Source: Escherichia coli
GTDB lineage: Bacteria; Pseudomonadota; Gammaproteobacteria; Enterobacterales; Enterobacteriaceae
Length of the DNA stretch: 64,000 bases
Assembly (NCBI RefSeq): GCF_003018255.1
Contig: NZ_CP027440.1
Reading direction: 5' to 3' (one strand)
Part shown: in pieces, positions 23,296 through 34,061 of the stretch
Position numbering within the stretch: position 1 is the first letter of the stretch
Layout of the letters: each line of letters starts with the position of its first letter
Program-made: the position numbers and the translations under genes
The notes under the pieces: generated by a model
Database searches by the model: none
Seen by the model: only the letters and a program-made list of their open reading frames with translations
What the model was told of the DNA's origin: nothing

Positions 23296-25231
23296 AATCA
23301 CCTGCTGCTTGCTGGCAGCACTACTCATGCCTTGTGCAGGGCACGCTGAGAACGAACAATACGGCGCTAACTTCAATAACGCCGATATCCGCCAGTTCGT
23401 GGAAATAGTGGGTCAGCATCTTGGCAAAACGATCCTGATCGACCCTTCGGTACAGGGAACCATTTCCGTACGCAGTAATGATACGTTTAGCCAACAGGAG
23501 TACTACCAGTTCTTTTTAAGTATTCTTGATCTTTACGGTTATTCCGTGATCACGCTGGACAATGGTTTTCTGAAAGTGGTGCGCTCAGCTAATGTAAAAA
23601 CATCGCCAGGGATGATTGCTGACAGTTCTCGTCCAGGCGTAGGTGATGAGTTGGTCACCCGAATCGTACCGCTTGAGAACGTTCCTGCTCGTGACCTGGC
23701 TCCCCTGCTCCGCCAGATGATGGATGCGGGTAGCGTCGGTAATGTTGTGCATTATGAACCCTCCAACGTTCTTATTCTGACCGGTCGTGCCTCCACCATT
23801 AATAAACTGATTGAAGTCATAAAGCGCGTTGATGTCATCGGCACAGAGAAGCAGCAAATTATTCATCTGGAATATGCGTCAGCGGAAGATCTCGCCGAAA
23901 TTTTGAATCAATTAATCAGCGAAAGCCACGGTAAAAGCCAGATGCCTGCCCTCCTTTCCGCGAAGATTGTGGCGGATAAGCGAACCAACTCTCTTATCAT
24001 CAGCGGGCCGGAAAAAGCACGCCAGCGCATCACTTCATTACTGAAAAGCCTTGATGTAGAAGAGAGCGAGGAAGGAAATACTCGGGTTTATTACCTGAAA
24101 TATGCTAAAGCCACGAATCTGGTGGAAGTGCTAACCGGTGTTTCCGAAAAGCTGAAAGATGAAAAAGGGAATGAGCGTAAGCCCTCCTCTTCTGGCGCGA
24201 TGGATAACGTCGCCATTACCGCCGATGAACAGACTAACTCTCTGGTCATTACCGCTGACCAGTCCGTCCAGGAAAAACTCGCCACGGTAATTGCGCGTCT
24301 GGACATTCGCCGTGCACAGGTGCTGGTTGAGGCAATCATCGTTGAAGTTCAGGATGGAAATGGACTTAACCTCGGCGTGCAATGGGCGAATAAAAACGTT
24401 GGAGCACAGCAATTTACCAATACCGGATTACCGATTTTTAACGCTGCGCAAGGTGTGGCTGATTATAAAAAGAATGGTGGGATCACCAGCGCGAATCCTG
24501 CCTGGGATATGTTTAGCGCCTACAATGGCATGGCCGCAGGCTTTTTCAATGGCGACTGGGGCGTATTGTTGACTGCGCTGGCCAGTAACAATAAAAATGA
24601 CATCCTCGCCACCCCGAGCATCGTAACGCTGGATAATAAACTCGCGTCCTTCAACGTTGGTCAGGATGTGCCGGTGCTATCTGGCTCTCAGACCACTTCT
24701 GGGGATAACGTCTTTAATACTGTCGAACGCAAAACGGTGGGCACAAAACTCAAAGTCACTCCGCAGGTCAATGAAGGCGACGCGGTACTGCTCGAAATAG
24801 AGCAGGAGGTTTCCAGCGTTGACTCTTCGTCTAATTCGACGCTCGGCCCGACATTTAACACCCGAACTATTCAAAATGCCGTGCTGGTCAAAACCGGTGA
24901 AACGGTGGTCCTGGGCGGATTGCTGGATGATTTTTCTAAAGAGCAAGTGTCAAAGGTTCCTCTGCTTGGCGATATTCCTTTAGTGGGGCAACTCTTCCGC
25001 TATACTTCGACCGAGCGCGCTAAACGCAACCTGATGGTATTTATCCGCCCAACGATTATCCGTGACGATGATGTTTATCGCTCACTGTCAAAAGAGAAAT
25101 ACACCCGCTACCGTCAGGAGCAACAACAGCGAATCGACGGGAAATCAAAAGCGCTGGTTGGCTCGGAAGATTTGCCGGTGCTGGATGAGAACACGTTCAA
25201 CAGCCATACCCCTGCGCCCTCGGCACGGTAA
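23279..25231 (+). CDS. gspD: Type II secretion outer-membrane secretin GspD
   Basis: ORF track 23267..25231; start placed at second in-frame ATG ([23 protein letters not shown], signal peptide), 650 aa; overlaps gspC 3' end. Confidence 0.9.
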   Translation: MKGLNKITCCLLAALLMPCAGHAENEQYGANFNNADIRQFVEIVGQHLGKTILIDPSVQGTISVRSNDTFSQQEYYQFFLSILDLYGYSVITLDNGFLKVVRSANVKTSPGMIADSSRPGVGDELVTRIVPLENVPARDLAPLLRQMMDAGSVGNVVHYEPSNVLILTGRASTINKLIEVIKRVDVIGTEKQQIIHLEYASAEDLAEILNQLISESHGKSQMPALLSAKIVADKRTNSLIISGPEKARQRITSLLKSLDVEESEEGNTRVYYLKYAKATNLVEVLTGVSEKLKDEKGNERKPSSSGAMDNVAITADEQTNSLVITADQSVQEKLATVIARLDIRRAQVLVEAIIVEVQDGNGLNLGVQWANKNVGAQQFTNTGLPIFNAAQGVADYKKNGGITSANPAWDMFSAYNGMAAGFFNGDWGVLLTALASNNKNDILATPSIVTLDNKLASFNVGQDVPVLSGSQTTSGDNVFNTVERKTVGTKLKVTPQVNEGDAVLLEIEQEVSSVDSSSNSTLGPTFNTRTIQNAVLVKTGETVVLGGLLDDFSKEQVSKVPLLGDIPLVGQLFRYTSTERAKRNLMVFIRPTIIRDDDVYRSLSKEKYTRYRQEQQQRIDGKSKALVGSEDLPVLDENTFNSHTPAPSAR

Positions 25232-25240
25232 GGCATTCTT

Positions 25241-26722
25241 ATGAGAATTCACTCACCGTACCCCGCCAGTTGGGCGCTGGCACAACGAATTGGTTATCTC
25301 TATTCAGAGGGCGAGATTATTTATCTCGCCGATACGCCATTCGAACGGTTACTCGATATTCAACGTCAGGTTGGCCAGTGCCAGACCATGACCAGCTTGT
25401 CACAGGCTGATTTTGAAGCCCGGCTGGAAGCGGTGTTCCATCAGAATACCGGTGAGTCGCAACAGATTGCGCAGGATATCGATCAATCCGTCGATCTTCT
25501 CTCGCTTTCGGAAGAGATGCCCGCAAATGAAGATCTCCTGAATGAAGATTCAGCGGCACCGGTTATCCGCTTGATCAATGCGATTTTGAGTGAGGCCATC
25601 AAAGAAACCGCCTCCGATATCCACATTGAAACCTATGAAAAAACAATGTCGATCCGTTTTCGCATCGACGGCGTTTTGCGGACAATTTTACAGCCAAACA
25701 AAAAACTGGCGGCACTGCTTATCTCCCGAATTAAGGTCATGGCTCGTCTTGATATCGCCGAAAAACGTATTCCACAGGATGGACGTATTAGTTTGCGTAT
25801 CGGGCGACGTAACATAGATGTCCGCGTATCCACACTGCCGTCCATCTATGGTGAACGCGCCGTGCTCCGTCTGCTGGATAAAAACAGCCTCCAGCTTTCA
25901 TTGAACAACCTGGGGATGACGGCAGCGGATAAACAGGATTTAGAAAATCTCATCCAGCTTCCACACGGTATTATCCTGGTGACCGGACCGACAGGCTCCG
26001 GTAAAAGCACCACGCTCTACGCCATCCTTTCGGCGCTGAATACTCCCGGCCGCAATATTCTGACGGTAGAAGATCCCGTGGAATATGAGCTGGAAGGCAT
26101 TGGGCAAACGCAGGTGAATACCCGTGTGGATATGTCTTTCGCTCGCGGCCTGCGCGCCATACTTCGCCAGGACCCGGATGTCGTCATGGTGGGGGAAATT
26201 CGTGATACAGAAACCGCGCAGATTGCGGTTCAGGCCTCGCTCACCGGCCATCTGGTACTCTCAACACTCCACACTAACAGTGCATCAGGCGCAGTGACCC
26301 GGCTCCGCGACATGGGCGTCGAATCATTCCTGCTTTCGTCTTCCCTGGCAGGGATTATCGCGCAACGTCTGGTTCGTCGCCTGTGTCCGCAATGCCGACA
26401 ATTCACGCCCGTATCACCCCAACAAGCGCAGATGTTTAAATATCATCAGCTCGCGGTGACAACAATTGGCACTCCCGTAGGCTGCCCTCATTGCCATCAA
26501 TCCGGCTATCAGGGGCGCATGGCGATCCACGAAATGATGGTGGTGACGCCGGAATTACGGGCCGCTATTCATGAAAATGTGGATGAACAAGCACTGGAGC
26601 GACTGGTCCGGCAACAACACAATGCCTTAATCAAAAATGGCCTGCAAAAAGTGATAAGCGGTGACACCTCCTGGGATGAGGTTATGCGCGTCGCCAGTGC
26701 CACGCTGGAGAACGAAGCATGA
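25241..26722 (+). CDS. gspE: Type II secretion ATPase GspE
   Basis: ORF track 493 aa; Walker [11 protein letters not shown]-terminal tetracysteine (CPQC...CPHC). Confidence 0.95.
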   Translation: MRIHSPYPASWALAQRIGYLYSEGEIIYLADTPFERLLDIQRQVGQCQTMTSLSQADFEARLEAVFHQNTGESQQIAQDIDQSVDLLSLSEEMPANEDLLNEDSAAPVIRLINAILSEAIKETASDIHIETYEKTMSIRFRIDGVLRTILQPNKKLAALLISRIKVMARLDIAEKRIPQDGRISLRIGRRNIDVRVSTLPSIYGERAVLRLLDKNSLQLSLNNLGMTAADKQDLENLIQLPHGIILVTGPTGSGKSTTLYAILSALNTPGRNILTVEDPVEYELEGIGQTQVNTRVDMSFARGLRAILRQDPDVVMVGEIRDTETAQIAVQASLTGHLVLSTLHTNSASGAVTRLRDMGVESFLLSSSLAGIIAQRLVRRLCPQCRQFTPVSPQQAQMFKYHQLAVTTIGTPVGCPHCHQSGYQGRMAIHEMMVVTPELRAAIHENVDEQALERLVRQQHNALIKNGLQKVISGDTSWDEVMRVASATLENEA

Positions 26723-27915
26723 ATTATCGCTATCGCGCCATGACCCAGGATGGTCAAAAATTGCAGGGGATCATTGATGCTAACGATGAACGTCAGGCAC
26801 GACTGCGGCTGCGTGAAGAAGGGCTTTTCCTGCTGGATATTCGCCCCCAAAAAAGTTCGGGAGTAAAAACACGTCGCCCGAGGATCAGCCATAGTGAACT
26901 GACGCTTTTCACCCGGCAGTTGGCAACCTTAAGCGCAGCGGCATTACCTCTGGAAGAGAGCCTTGCCGTAATCGGTCAACAAAGCAGTAATAAACGACTG
27001 GCTGATGTGTTAAATCAGGTACGCAGCGCCATCCTTGAAGGGCATCCCCTTTCCGATGCGTTACAACATTTTCCCACGCTTTTCGATTCGCTCTACCGTA
27101 CCCTGGTTAAAGCGGGCGAAAAGAGCGGGCTGCTGGCCCCGGTGTTGGAAAAACTGGCTGATTACAATGAAAATCGGCAGAAAATCCGCAGCAAACTCAT
27201 TCAGTCGCTGATCTACCCCTGCATGCTGACTGCGGTGGCGATTGTGGTCGTGATTATTCTCCTCACTGCTGTCGTGCCCAAAATTACCGAACAGTTCGTG
27301 CATATGAAGCAGCAACTGCCGCTGAGTACACGCATTCTTTTAGGTCTGAGCGACACGTTGCAACATACCGGCCCGACATTACTAGCGACAGTGTTTATTG
27401 TCGCTGTAGGTTTCTGGCTCTGGTTAAAACGCGGCAATAACCGCCACCGTTTTCATGCCATGTTGCTGCGCGTTGCACTCATCGGCCCGCTGATTTGCGC
27501 CATTAACAGCGCACGCTATCTCCGCACTTTAAGTATTTTGCAATCCAGCGGCGTCCCTCTGCTGGATGGGATGAATTTGTCCACCGAAAGTCTCAGCAAC
27601 CTCGAAATCCGCCAGCGTCTGGCAAATGCGGCAGAAAACGTTCGGCAGGGTAACAGCATTCATCTTTCGCTGGAACAAACGGCAATCTTCCCGCCGATGA
27701 TGCTCTACATGGTGGCCTCTGGCGAAAAAAGCGGGCAGCTCGGCACGTTAATGGTCAGAGCAGCAGATAACCAGGAGACACTCCAACAAAATCGGATCGC
27801 CTTAACGCTCTCCATCTTCGAGCCAGCACTCATTATTACGATGGCACTGATCGTCCTGTTTATTGTCGTCTCGGTACTCCAACCTCTTCTTCAACTTAAC
27901 TCAATGATTAATTAA
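26719..27915 (+). CDS. gspF: Type II secretion inner-membrane platform protein GspF
   Basis: ORF track 398 aa; 4-nt overlap with gspE. Confidence 0.93.
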   Translation: MNYRYRAMTQDGQKLQGIIDANDERQARLRLREEGLFLLDIRPQKSSGVKTRRPRISHSELTLFTRQLATLSAAALPLEESLAVIGQQSSNKRLADVLNQVRSAILEGHPLSDALQHFPTLFDSLYRTLVKAGEKSGLLAPVLEKLADYNENRQKIRSKLIQSLIYPCMLTAVAIVVVIILLTAVVPKITEQFVHMKQQLPLSTRILLGLSDTLQHTGPTLLATVFIVAVGFWLWLKRGNNRHRFHAMLLRVALIGPLICAINSARYLRTLSILQSSGVPLLDGMNLSTESLSNLEIRQRLANAAENVRQGNSIHLSLEQTAIFPPMMLYMVASGEKSGQLGTLMVRAADNQETLQQNRIALTLSIFEPALIITMALIVLFIVVSVLQPLLQLNSMIN

Positions 27916-27924
27916 GGAAAGTAT

Positions 27925-28362
27925 ATGCGCGCAACGGATAAGCAACGCGGTTTTACATTACTGGAAATTATGGTGGTGATCGTCATCATTGGCGTACTTG
28001 CCAGCCTGGTGGTTCCCAACCTGATGGGCAATAAAGAAAAGGCGGATAAACAAAAAGCCGTCAGCGATATTGTGGCGCTGGAAAACGCCCTGGATATGTA
28101 CAAGCTCGACAATCATCGCTATCCAACCACAAATCAGGGACTTGAATCCTTAGTCGAAGCGCCGACACTGCCACCGCTGGCCGCAAACTATAACAAGGAA
28201 GGTTATATCAAGCGTCTGCCTGCCGATCCCTGGGGCAATGATTATGTCCTCGTTAATCCTGGTGAACATGGTGCATACGATCTGCTTTCAGCAGGGCCCG
28301 ATGGTGAAATGGGAACCGAGGACGACATCACCAACTGGGGTTTGAGCAAGAAGAAAAAGTAA
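27925..28362 (+). CDS. gspG: Major pseudopilin GspG
   Basis: ORF track 145 aa; prepilin leader with [12 protein letters not shown]. Confidence 0.95.
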   Translation: MRATDKQRGFTLLEIMVVIVIIGVLASLVVPNLMGNKEKADKQKAVSDIVALENALDMYKLDNHRYPTTNQGLESLVEAPTLPPLAANYNKEGYIKRLPADPWGNDYVLVNPGEHGAYDLLSAGPDGEMGTEDDITNWGLSKKKK

Positions 28363-28369
28363 GTCAGCG

Positions 28370-28879
28370 ATGAATCAGCAACGCGGGTTTACCCTGCTGG
28401 AGATGATGCTGGTGCTGGCGCTGGTCGCTATCACGGCAAGTGTGGTGCTCTTCACATATGGTCGGGAGGATGCCGCCAACACTCGTGCGCGCGAAACAGC
28501 GGCGCGGTTTACCGCTGCACTTGAATTAGCCATCGACAGCGCTACGCTCAGTGGTCAGCCTGTCGGTATCCATTTCTCTGATTCAGCATGGCGCATTATG
28601 GTACCGGGCAAAACACCATCAGCCTGGCGCTGGGTTCCATTACAAGAAGATGCCGCAGACGAGAGCAAAAATGACTGGGATGAAGAACTCTCAATTCATC
28701 TTCAGCCATTTAAACCTGATGACAGCAACCAACCGCAGGTGGTGATTCTGGCCGACGGACAAATCACGCCCTTCTCTTTGTTGATGGCTAACGCAGGGAC
28801 CGGTGAGCCGCTCCTGACGTTAGTCTGTTCAGGATCATGGCCCCTGGATCAAACGCTCGCCAGAGATACCCGCCCATGA
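28370..28879 (+). CDS. gspH: Minor pseudopilin GspH
   Basis: ORF track 169 aa; [10 protein letters not shown] prepilin motif. Confidence 0.92.
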   Translation: MNQQRGFTLLEMMLVLALVAITASVVLFTYGREDAANTRARETAARFTAALELAIDSATLSGQPVGIHFSDSAWRIMVPGKTPSAWRWVPLQEDAADESKNDWDEELSIHLQPFKPDDSNQPQVVILADGQITPFSLLMANAGTGEPLLTLVCSGSWPLDQTLARDTRP

Positions 28880-29253
28880 ACAAACAATCAGGGATGACAC
28901 TGCTTGAAGTCTTACTGGCGATGAGTATTTTCGCCACTGTTGCGCTGGCTTTAATGAGCAGCATGCAAGGGCAACGAAATGCCATCGAGCGGATGCGTAA
29001 TGAGACGCTGGCGCTGTGGATCGCAGATAACCAGCTTAAGTCGCAAGATACATTCAACGATGAAAACACGTCCAGTTCAGGCAAAGAGATAATTAATGGC
29101 GAAGAGTGGAACTGGCGCAGCGATGTCCATTCAAGCAAAGACGGCACGCTTCTGGAACGCACCATAACGGTGACGTTACCCAACGGTCAGAAAACCGCTC
29201 TGACTCGTTATCAGAGCATCCATGATAGATCCGGGCAGGCGCAAGATGATTAA
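28876..29253 (+). CDS. gspI: Minor pseudopilin GspI
   Basis: ORF track 28837..29253; start set to ATG 28876 ([12 protein letters not shown]...), overlapping gspH stop as ATGA. Confidence 0.9.
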   Translation: MNKQSGMTLLEVLLAMSIFATVALALMSSMQGQRNAIERMRNETLALWIADNQLKSQDTFNDENTSSSGKEIINGEEWNWRSDVHSSKDGTLLERTITVTLPNGQKTALTRYQSIHDRSGQAQDD

Positions 29254-29833
29254 TCGCCAACAGGGTTTCACATTGCTGGAAGTCATGGCGGCACTGGCGA
29301 TCTTCTCAATGCTTGGCGTGCTGGCGTTTATGGTTTTTTCGCAAGCGTCTACGCTACATCAACGCTCACAGAAAGAAATCCAGCAGTTCAATCAACTGCA
29401 ACGCACCATCACCATTCTTGATAACGATCTCCTGCAACTGGTCGCTCGCCGAAATCGGAGTACGGATAAAATCATGGTGTTGGGTGAAGAGGCTATTTTT
29501 ACCACGCAAAGTCGCGATCCGCAGGCCCCGCTCAATGAAGCGCAAACCTTACAAACGGTTCACTGGTATCTGCGAAATCATACGCTTTACCGTGCTGTTC
29601 GTACTTCTGTGGATGGCAGGAAGGATCAACCTGCCCAGGCGATGCTGGAACATGTCGAGAGCTTTCTTCTGGAAAGTAACAGCGGGGAAAGCAAAGAACA
29701 TCCTCTCTCAGTCACGCTACATCTGAAGACTCAGCAATATGGGGCACTACAGCGTCGTTTTGCATTACCTGAGCAATTAGCAAGAGAAGAGTCGCCAGCC
29801 CAGACTCAGGCCGGGAATAATAACCATGAATAA
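29246..29833 (+). CDS. gspJ: Minor pseudopilin GspJ
   Basis: ORF track 29222..29833; start set to ATG 29246 ([13 protein letters not shown]...). Confidence 0.9.
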   Translation: MINRQQGFTLLEVMAALAIFSMLGVLAFMVFSQASTLHQRSQKEIQQFNQLQRTITILDNDLLQLVARRNRSTDKIMVLGEEAIFTTQSRDPQAPLNEAQTLQTVHWYLRNHTLYRAVRTSVDGRKDQPAQAMLEHVESFLLESNSGESKEHPLSVTLHLKTQQYGALQRRFALPEQLAREESPAQTQAGNNNHE

Positions 29834-30809
29834 TGAACAACGCGGCGTCGCGCTGCTCATTGTATTGATGCTACTGGCGCTCATGGCTGCACTGGCAGCA
29901 GACATGACGAGCAGTTTTCACGGCCAGCTTCAGCGAACCCGCCAGGTAAACCATCATCTGCAACGGCAATATGATATTGAACTGGCGGAGAAACTTGCGC
30001 TTGCCAGCCTCACCCAGGACGTTAAAGATAACGACAGACAGACCACGTTGCAGCAGTACTGGGCACAGCCGCAACAGTTGCAGCTGGAAGATGGCAATAC
30101 AGTGAAGTGGCAGTTACGCGATGCCCAGCACTGTTTTAATCTCAATGCGTTAGCAAAAATCTCTGACGATCCGCTGGCTTCCCCCGATTTCCCCGCCCAG
30201 GTATTCAGTGCGCTGCTGATTAACGCCGGTATCGATCGCGGAAACACCGATGAGATCGTGCAATCAATTGCTGACTATATTGATGTCGATGACTCACCAC
30301 GCTTTCACGGCGCAGAAGATAACTTTTACCAAAGCCAGACGCCGCCCCGGCATAGTGCCAATCAGATGCTTTTTCTGACCGGCGAATTGCGTCAGATAAA
30401 AGGCATAACCGAAAACATCTATCAGCGGCTTATCCCGTATGTCTGCGTTCTCCCAACCACGGAACTTAGCATCAATCTTAATATGCTTACGGAGAACGAT
30501 ATTCCGCTCTTCAGAGCGTTATTCCTCAATAACATCACGGATGCTGACGCTCGGGTCTTATTACAAAAAAGGCCCAGGGAAGGCTGGCTAACCACGGATG
30601 CATTTCTTTACTGGGCGCAGCAGGATTTCTCCGGCGTGAAGCCTCTGGTAGCTCAGGTGAAAGGGCATCTCTTTCCCTATAGCCGCTATTTTACGCTGAG
30701 TACGGAAAGTATCAGCGACGAACAATCCCAGGGATGGCAAAGCCATATTTTCTTCAACCGTAAACAGCAGAGCGCCCAAATCTATCGGCGTACGCTGCAA
30801 CTCTACTAA
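29826..30809 (+). CDS. gspK: Minor pseudopilin GspK
   Basis: ORF track 327 aa. Confidence 0.9.
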   Translation: MNNEQRGVALLIVLMLLALMAALAADMTSSFHGQLQRTRQVNHHLQRQYDIELAEKLALASLTQDVKDNDRQTTLQQYWAQPQQLQLEDGNTVKWQLRDAQHCFNLNALAKISDDPLASPDFPAQVFSALLINAGIDRGNTDEIVQSIADYIDVDDSPRFHGAEDNFYQSQTPPRHSANQMLFLTGELRQIKGITENIYQRLIPYVCVLPTTELSINLNMLTENDIPLFRALFLNNITDADARVLLQKRPREGWLTTDAFLYWAQQDFSGVKPLVAQVKGHLFPYSRYFTLSTESISDEQSQGWQSHIFFNRKQQSAQIYRRTLQLY

Positions 30810-30820
30810 TCATAAGGATC

Positions 30821-31987
30821 GTGATGCCTGAATCGTTGATGGTCATACGTTCTTCCTCGACGCTGCGTAAGCATTGGGAATGGATGACGTTCTCCGCAGA
30901 TAGCGTATCTTCGGTACATACGCCCACGGACGATCTTCCGCTGGAGTCGCTGGCCGATCAGCCCGGTGCCGGAAATGTTCATCTTTTGATCCCACCAGAG
31001 GGCCTTTTATATCGTTCCCTCACGCTGCCCAACGCCAAATACAAACTCACCGCACAAACATTGCAATGGCTGGCAGAGGAGACGTTACCCGACAACACCC
31101 AGGACTGGCACTGGACGGTTGTCGATAAACAAAACGAAAGTGTCGAGGTGATAGGCATTCAGTCGGAGAAACTCAGTCGCTATCTTGAGCGTTTACATAC
31201 TGCCGGACTCAACGTGACGCGGGTTTTGCCAGATGGCTGCTATCTTCCCTGGGAAGTAGATAGCTGGACTCTGGTTAACCAGCAAACAAGCTGGCTTATT
31301 CGCAGTGCCGCACATGCCTTCAATGAACTGGATGAACACTGGTTACAGCATCTTGCTGCCCAGTTTCCGCCTGAGAATATGCGTTGTTATGGTGTGGCAC
31401 CTCACGGCGTTGCAGCGACCAATCCACTTATCCAGCATCCTGAAATACCATCACTGAGTTTGTATTCTGCCGATATTGCATTCCAGCGCTATGACATGCT
31501 GCATGGTGTTTTTCGTAAACAGAAAACTGTAAGCAAATCGGGAAAATGGCTCGCCCGCCTGGCAGTAAGCTGTCTCGTTCTCGCCATTCTTTCTTTTGTT
31601 GGCAGCCGGGGCATCGCGCTCTGGCAAACGCTTAAGATTGAAGATCAACTTCAGCATCAACAGCAAGAAACCTGGCAACGTTATTTCCCGCAGATCAAAC
31701 GCACCCACAACTTTCGTTTTTACTTTAAGCAGCAACTCGCTCAGCAATATCCTGAAGCTGTGCCGTTGCTCTATCATTTACAAACACTTCTGCTGGAACA
31801 CCCTGAACTGCAGTTAATGGAGGCGAACTATAGCCAGAAGCAAAAGTCGCTGACCTTAAAAATGAGTGCTAAGAGTGAAGCCAATATCGATCGTTTCTGT
31901 GAATTAACACAGTCCTGGCTTCCGATGCAAAAAACAGAAAAAGATCCGGTCAGTGGTGTATGGACAGTAAGGAGCTCAGGGAAATGA
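30821..31987 (+). CDS. gspL: Type II secretion inner-membrane protein GspL
   Basis: ORF track 388 aa; start could be the second ATG at 30824. Confidence 0.88.
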   Translation: MMPESLMVIRSSSTLRKHWEWMTFSADSVSSVHTPTDDLPLESLADQPGAGNVHLLIPPEGLLYRSLTLPNAKYKLTAQTLQWLAEETLPDNTQDWHWTVVDKQNESVEVIGIQSEKLSRYLERLHTAGLNVTRVLPDGCYLPWEVDSWTLVNQQTSWLIRSAAHAFNELDEHWLQHLAAQFPPENMRCYGVAPHGVAATNPLIQHPEIPSLSLYSADIAFQRYDMLHGVFRKQKTVSKSGKWLARLAVSCLVLAILSFVGSRGIALWQTLKIEDQLQHQQQETWQRYFPQIKRTHNFRFYFKQQLAQQYPEAVPLLYHLQTLLLEHPELQLMEANYSQKQKSLTLKMSAKSEANIDRFCELTQSWLPMQKTEKDPVSGVWTVRSSGK

Positions 31988-32445
31988 TTAAATCATGGTG
32001 GGCAGAAAAATCCACATCGGAAAAACAGCTCGTTGCGGCGCTGGCGGTTCTCTCGCTCGGCGTTTTTTGTTGGCTTGGGGTGATAAAACCGATAGATACC
32101 TACATTGCAGAGCATCAGTCCCACGCGCAAAAAATTAAGAAGGACATCAAATGGATGCAGGATCAAGCGAGCACCCATGGTTTACTCGGTCATCCTGCGC
32201 TTACGCAGCCCATCAAAAATATCCTTCTCGAGGAAGCAAAACGTGAGAATTTGGCTATCACGCTGGAAAACGGTCCGGACAATACTCTGACAATTCATCC
32301 TGTCACAGCTCCCCTCGAAAACGTCTCCCGCTGGCTCACTACGGCACAGATTACATACGGTATTGTTATTGAAGACCTTCAGTTTACTCTTGCCGGAAAC
32401 GAACAGATCACCCTCAAGCATTTGTCCTTCAGGGAGCAACCATAA
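31984..32445 (+). CDS. gspM: Type II secretion inner-membrane protein GspM
   Basis: ORF track 31960..32445; start set to ATG 31984 (MIKSWWAEKS...), overlapping gspL stop. Confidence 0.88.
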   Translation: MIKSWWAEKSTSEKQLVAALAVLSLGVFCWLGVIKPIDTYIAEHQSHAQKIKKDIKWMQDQASTHGLLGHPALTQPIKNILLEEAKRENLAITLENGPDNTLTIHPVTAPLENVSRWLTTAQITYGIVIEDLQFTLAGNEQITLKHLSFREQP

Positions 32446-33122
32446 TGACAATGCTACTGCCGCTCTTCATTCTGGTTGGTTTTATTGCAGGTTATTTTGT
32501 TAATGCCATGGCCTATCACCTCTCGCCGTTGGAGGATAAAACGGCGTTAACGTTTCGCCAGGTATTGGTTCATTTCAGGCAAAAAAAATATGCCTGGCAT
32601 GATACAGTGCCCCTGATACTTTGCGTTGCTGCTGCTATCGCCTGCGCCCTGGCACCTTTCACGCCCATCGTGACTGGCGCACTCTTTCTCTATTTCTGTT
32701 TCGCACTCACGCTCAGTGTTATTGATTTTCGCACTCAGCTCCTGCCCGACAAACTCACCTTACCGCTGCTCTGGCTTGGCTTGGTATTTAATGCGCAGTC
32801 TGGATTAATTGATTTACATGATGCGGTTTATGGCGCGGTAGCTGGCTATGGGGTGCTGTGGTGTGTTTACTGGGGCGTCTGGTTAGTTTGTCACAAAGAG
32901 GGATTGGGCTACGGTGATTTCAAGCTACTGGCCGCTGCAGGCGCGTGGTGTGGCTGGCAAACGTTGCCAATGATACTGCTAATTGCCTCACTGGGTGGCA
33001 TTGGTTACGCCATCGTTTCACAACTTCTGCAACGCCGGACTATAACCACTATCGCATTCGGCCCGTGGCTTGCGCTCGGCAGCATGATAAACCTGGGGTA
33101 TCTGGCCTGGATCTCGTATTAA
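32445..33122 (+). CDS. gspO: Prepilin peptidase / N-methyltransferase GspO
   Basis: ORF track 225 aa; polytopic membrane protein. Confidence 0.92.
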   Translation: MTMLLPLFILVGFIAGYFVNAMAYHLSPLEDKTALTFRQVLVHFRQKKYAWHDTVPLILCVAAAIACALAPFTPIVTGALFLYFCFALTLSVIDFRTQLLPDKLTLPLLWLGLVFNAQSGLIDLHDAVYGAVAGYGVLWCVYWGVWLVCHKEGLGYGDFKLLAAAGAWCGWQTLPMILLIASLGGIGYAIVSQLLQRRTITTIAFGPWLALGSMINLGYLAWISY

Positions 33123-33150
33123 CCGGGAGGGTTCTCCCTCCCGACACGGC

Positions 33151-33627
33151 TCAACTTTCTTCGCGGATCTGTGCTTGCAGATAATTTTGCAGGCCCATCT
33201 TCTGAATCAGATCAAGTTCCGTTTCCAGCCAGTCGATATGGCCTTCTTCATCACGCAAAATTTCTATCATCATATCGCGGCTGACGTAATCATGAACGCT
33301 ATCGGCATAACCAATTGCCTCACGCAAATTCTTCGCGCCATCCAGCTCAAGTGCCAGATCAGAACGCAGCATTTCCTCAACATCCTCACCAATGTTCAGT
33401 TTGCCCAGGTCCTGTAAATTTGGAAGACCTTCCAGAAAAAGAATGCGCTCAATATAACGATCGGCGTGTTTCATCTCATCAATGGATTCATGATACTCCA
33501 CATCATTGAGACGTTTGAGACCCCAGTTTTTAAACATCCGGGCATGGAGAAAGTACTGATTGATTGCGACAAGCTCATTTCCCAACAGTTTGTTGAGATA
33601 ATTTATAACCTTAGTATCACCTTTCAT
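33151..33627 (-). CDS. bfr: Bacterioferritin
   Basis: ORF track 158 aa; [37 protein letters not shown]... Confidence 0.97.
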
Positions 33628-33698
33628 TTTTTGACTCCTTCGCTTCCACTCTTTGAAGCGTAGAACGGCTTACGAGTAAGTCAAAAAACACACTCCGT

Positions 33699-33893
33699 TT
33701 ATGCGGACTCCTTAAACTCCGGCAACTGCATTAATTCATCCTCCATCACTTCACGCGCGGCCCGGACACATTTACCGCACTGATTGCCGACCGGAATAAA
33801 TTTTTTTAATTGCTGGAACGAGTGAGGGGAAAACTGGCGCACAGCCTGACGAATTTTTTTATCGCTGATACCATTACAAAGACAAACGTACAT
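33699..33893 (-). CDS. bfd: Bacterioferritin-associated [2Fe-2S] ferredoxin
   Basis: ORF track 64 aa; four Cys (C4, C6, C39, C42 pattern MYVCLCNG...CGKC). Confidence 0.93.
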   Translation of the reverse strand: MYVCLCNGISDKKIRQAVRQFSPHSFQQLKKFIPVGNQCGKCVRAAREVMEDELMQLPEFKESA

Positions 33894-33920
33894 AGAGACT
33901 CCCGTATACTTTCTTCAAAA

Positions 33921-33950
33921 ATAAATGAAAATAGTTCTTATTTCAATTAC
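33921..33950 (-). promoter_or_regulatory. Putative Fur-box-like A/T-rich site upstream of bfd
   Basis: Minus strand gtaattgaaataagaactattttcattt about 30-60 nt upstream of bfd start; resembles the A/T-rich hexamer-repeat Fur consensus. Eye match only. Confidence 0.3.
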
Positions 33951-34023
33951 GGAAAGACTCTTTTTTAAGCAAAGAATAGAAATATGAATAAAAATAATGG
34001 GCTACCAAAAGTAGCCCATTGAC

Positions 34024-34054
34024 AAAAAATGCGGCGATACCGGAAGGTATCGCC
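34024..34054 (-). terminator. Rho-independent terminator after chiA
   Basis: Hairpin ggcgatacc-ggaa-ggtatcgcc followed on minus strand by a 6-nt U-run, 8 nt after chiA stop. Confidence 0.7.
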
Positions 34055-34061
34055 AACACAT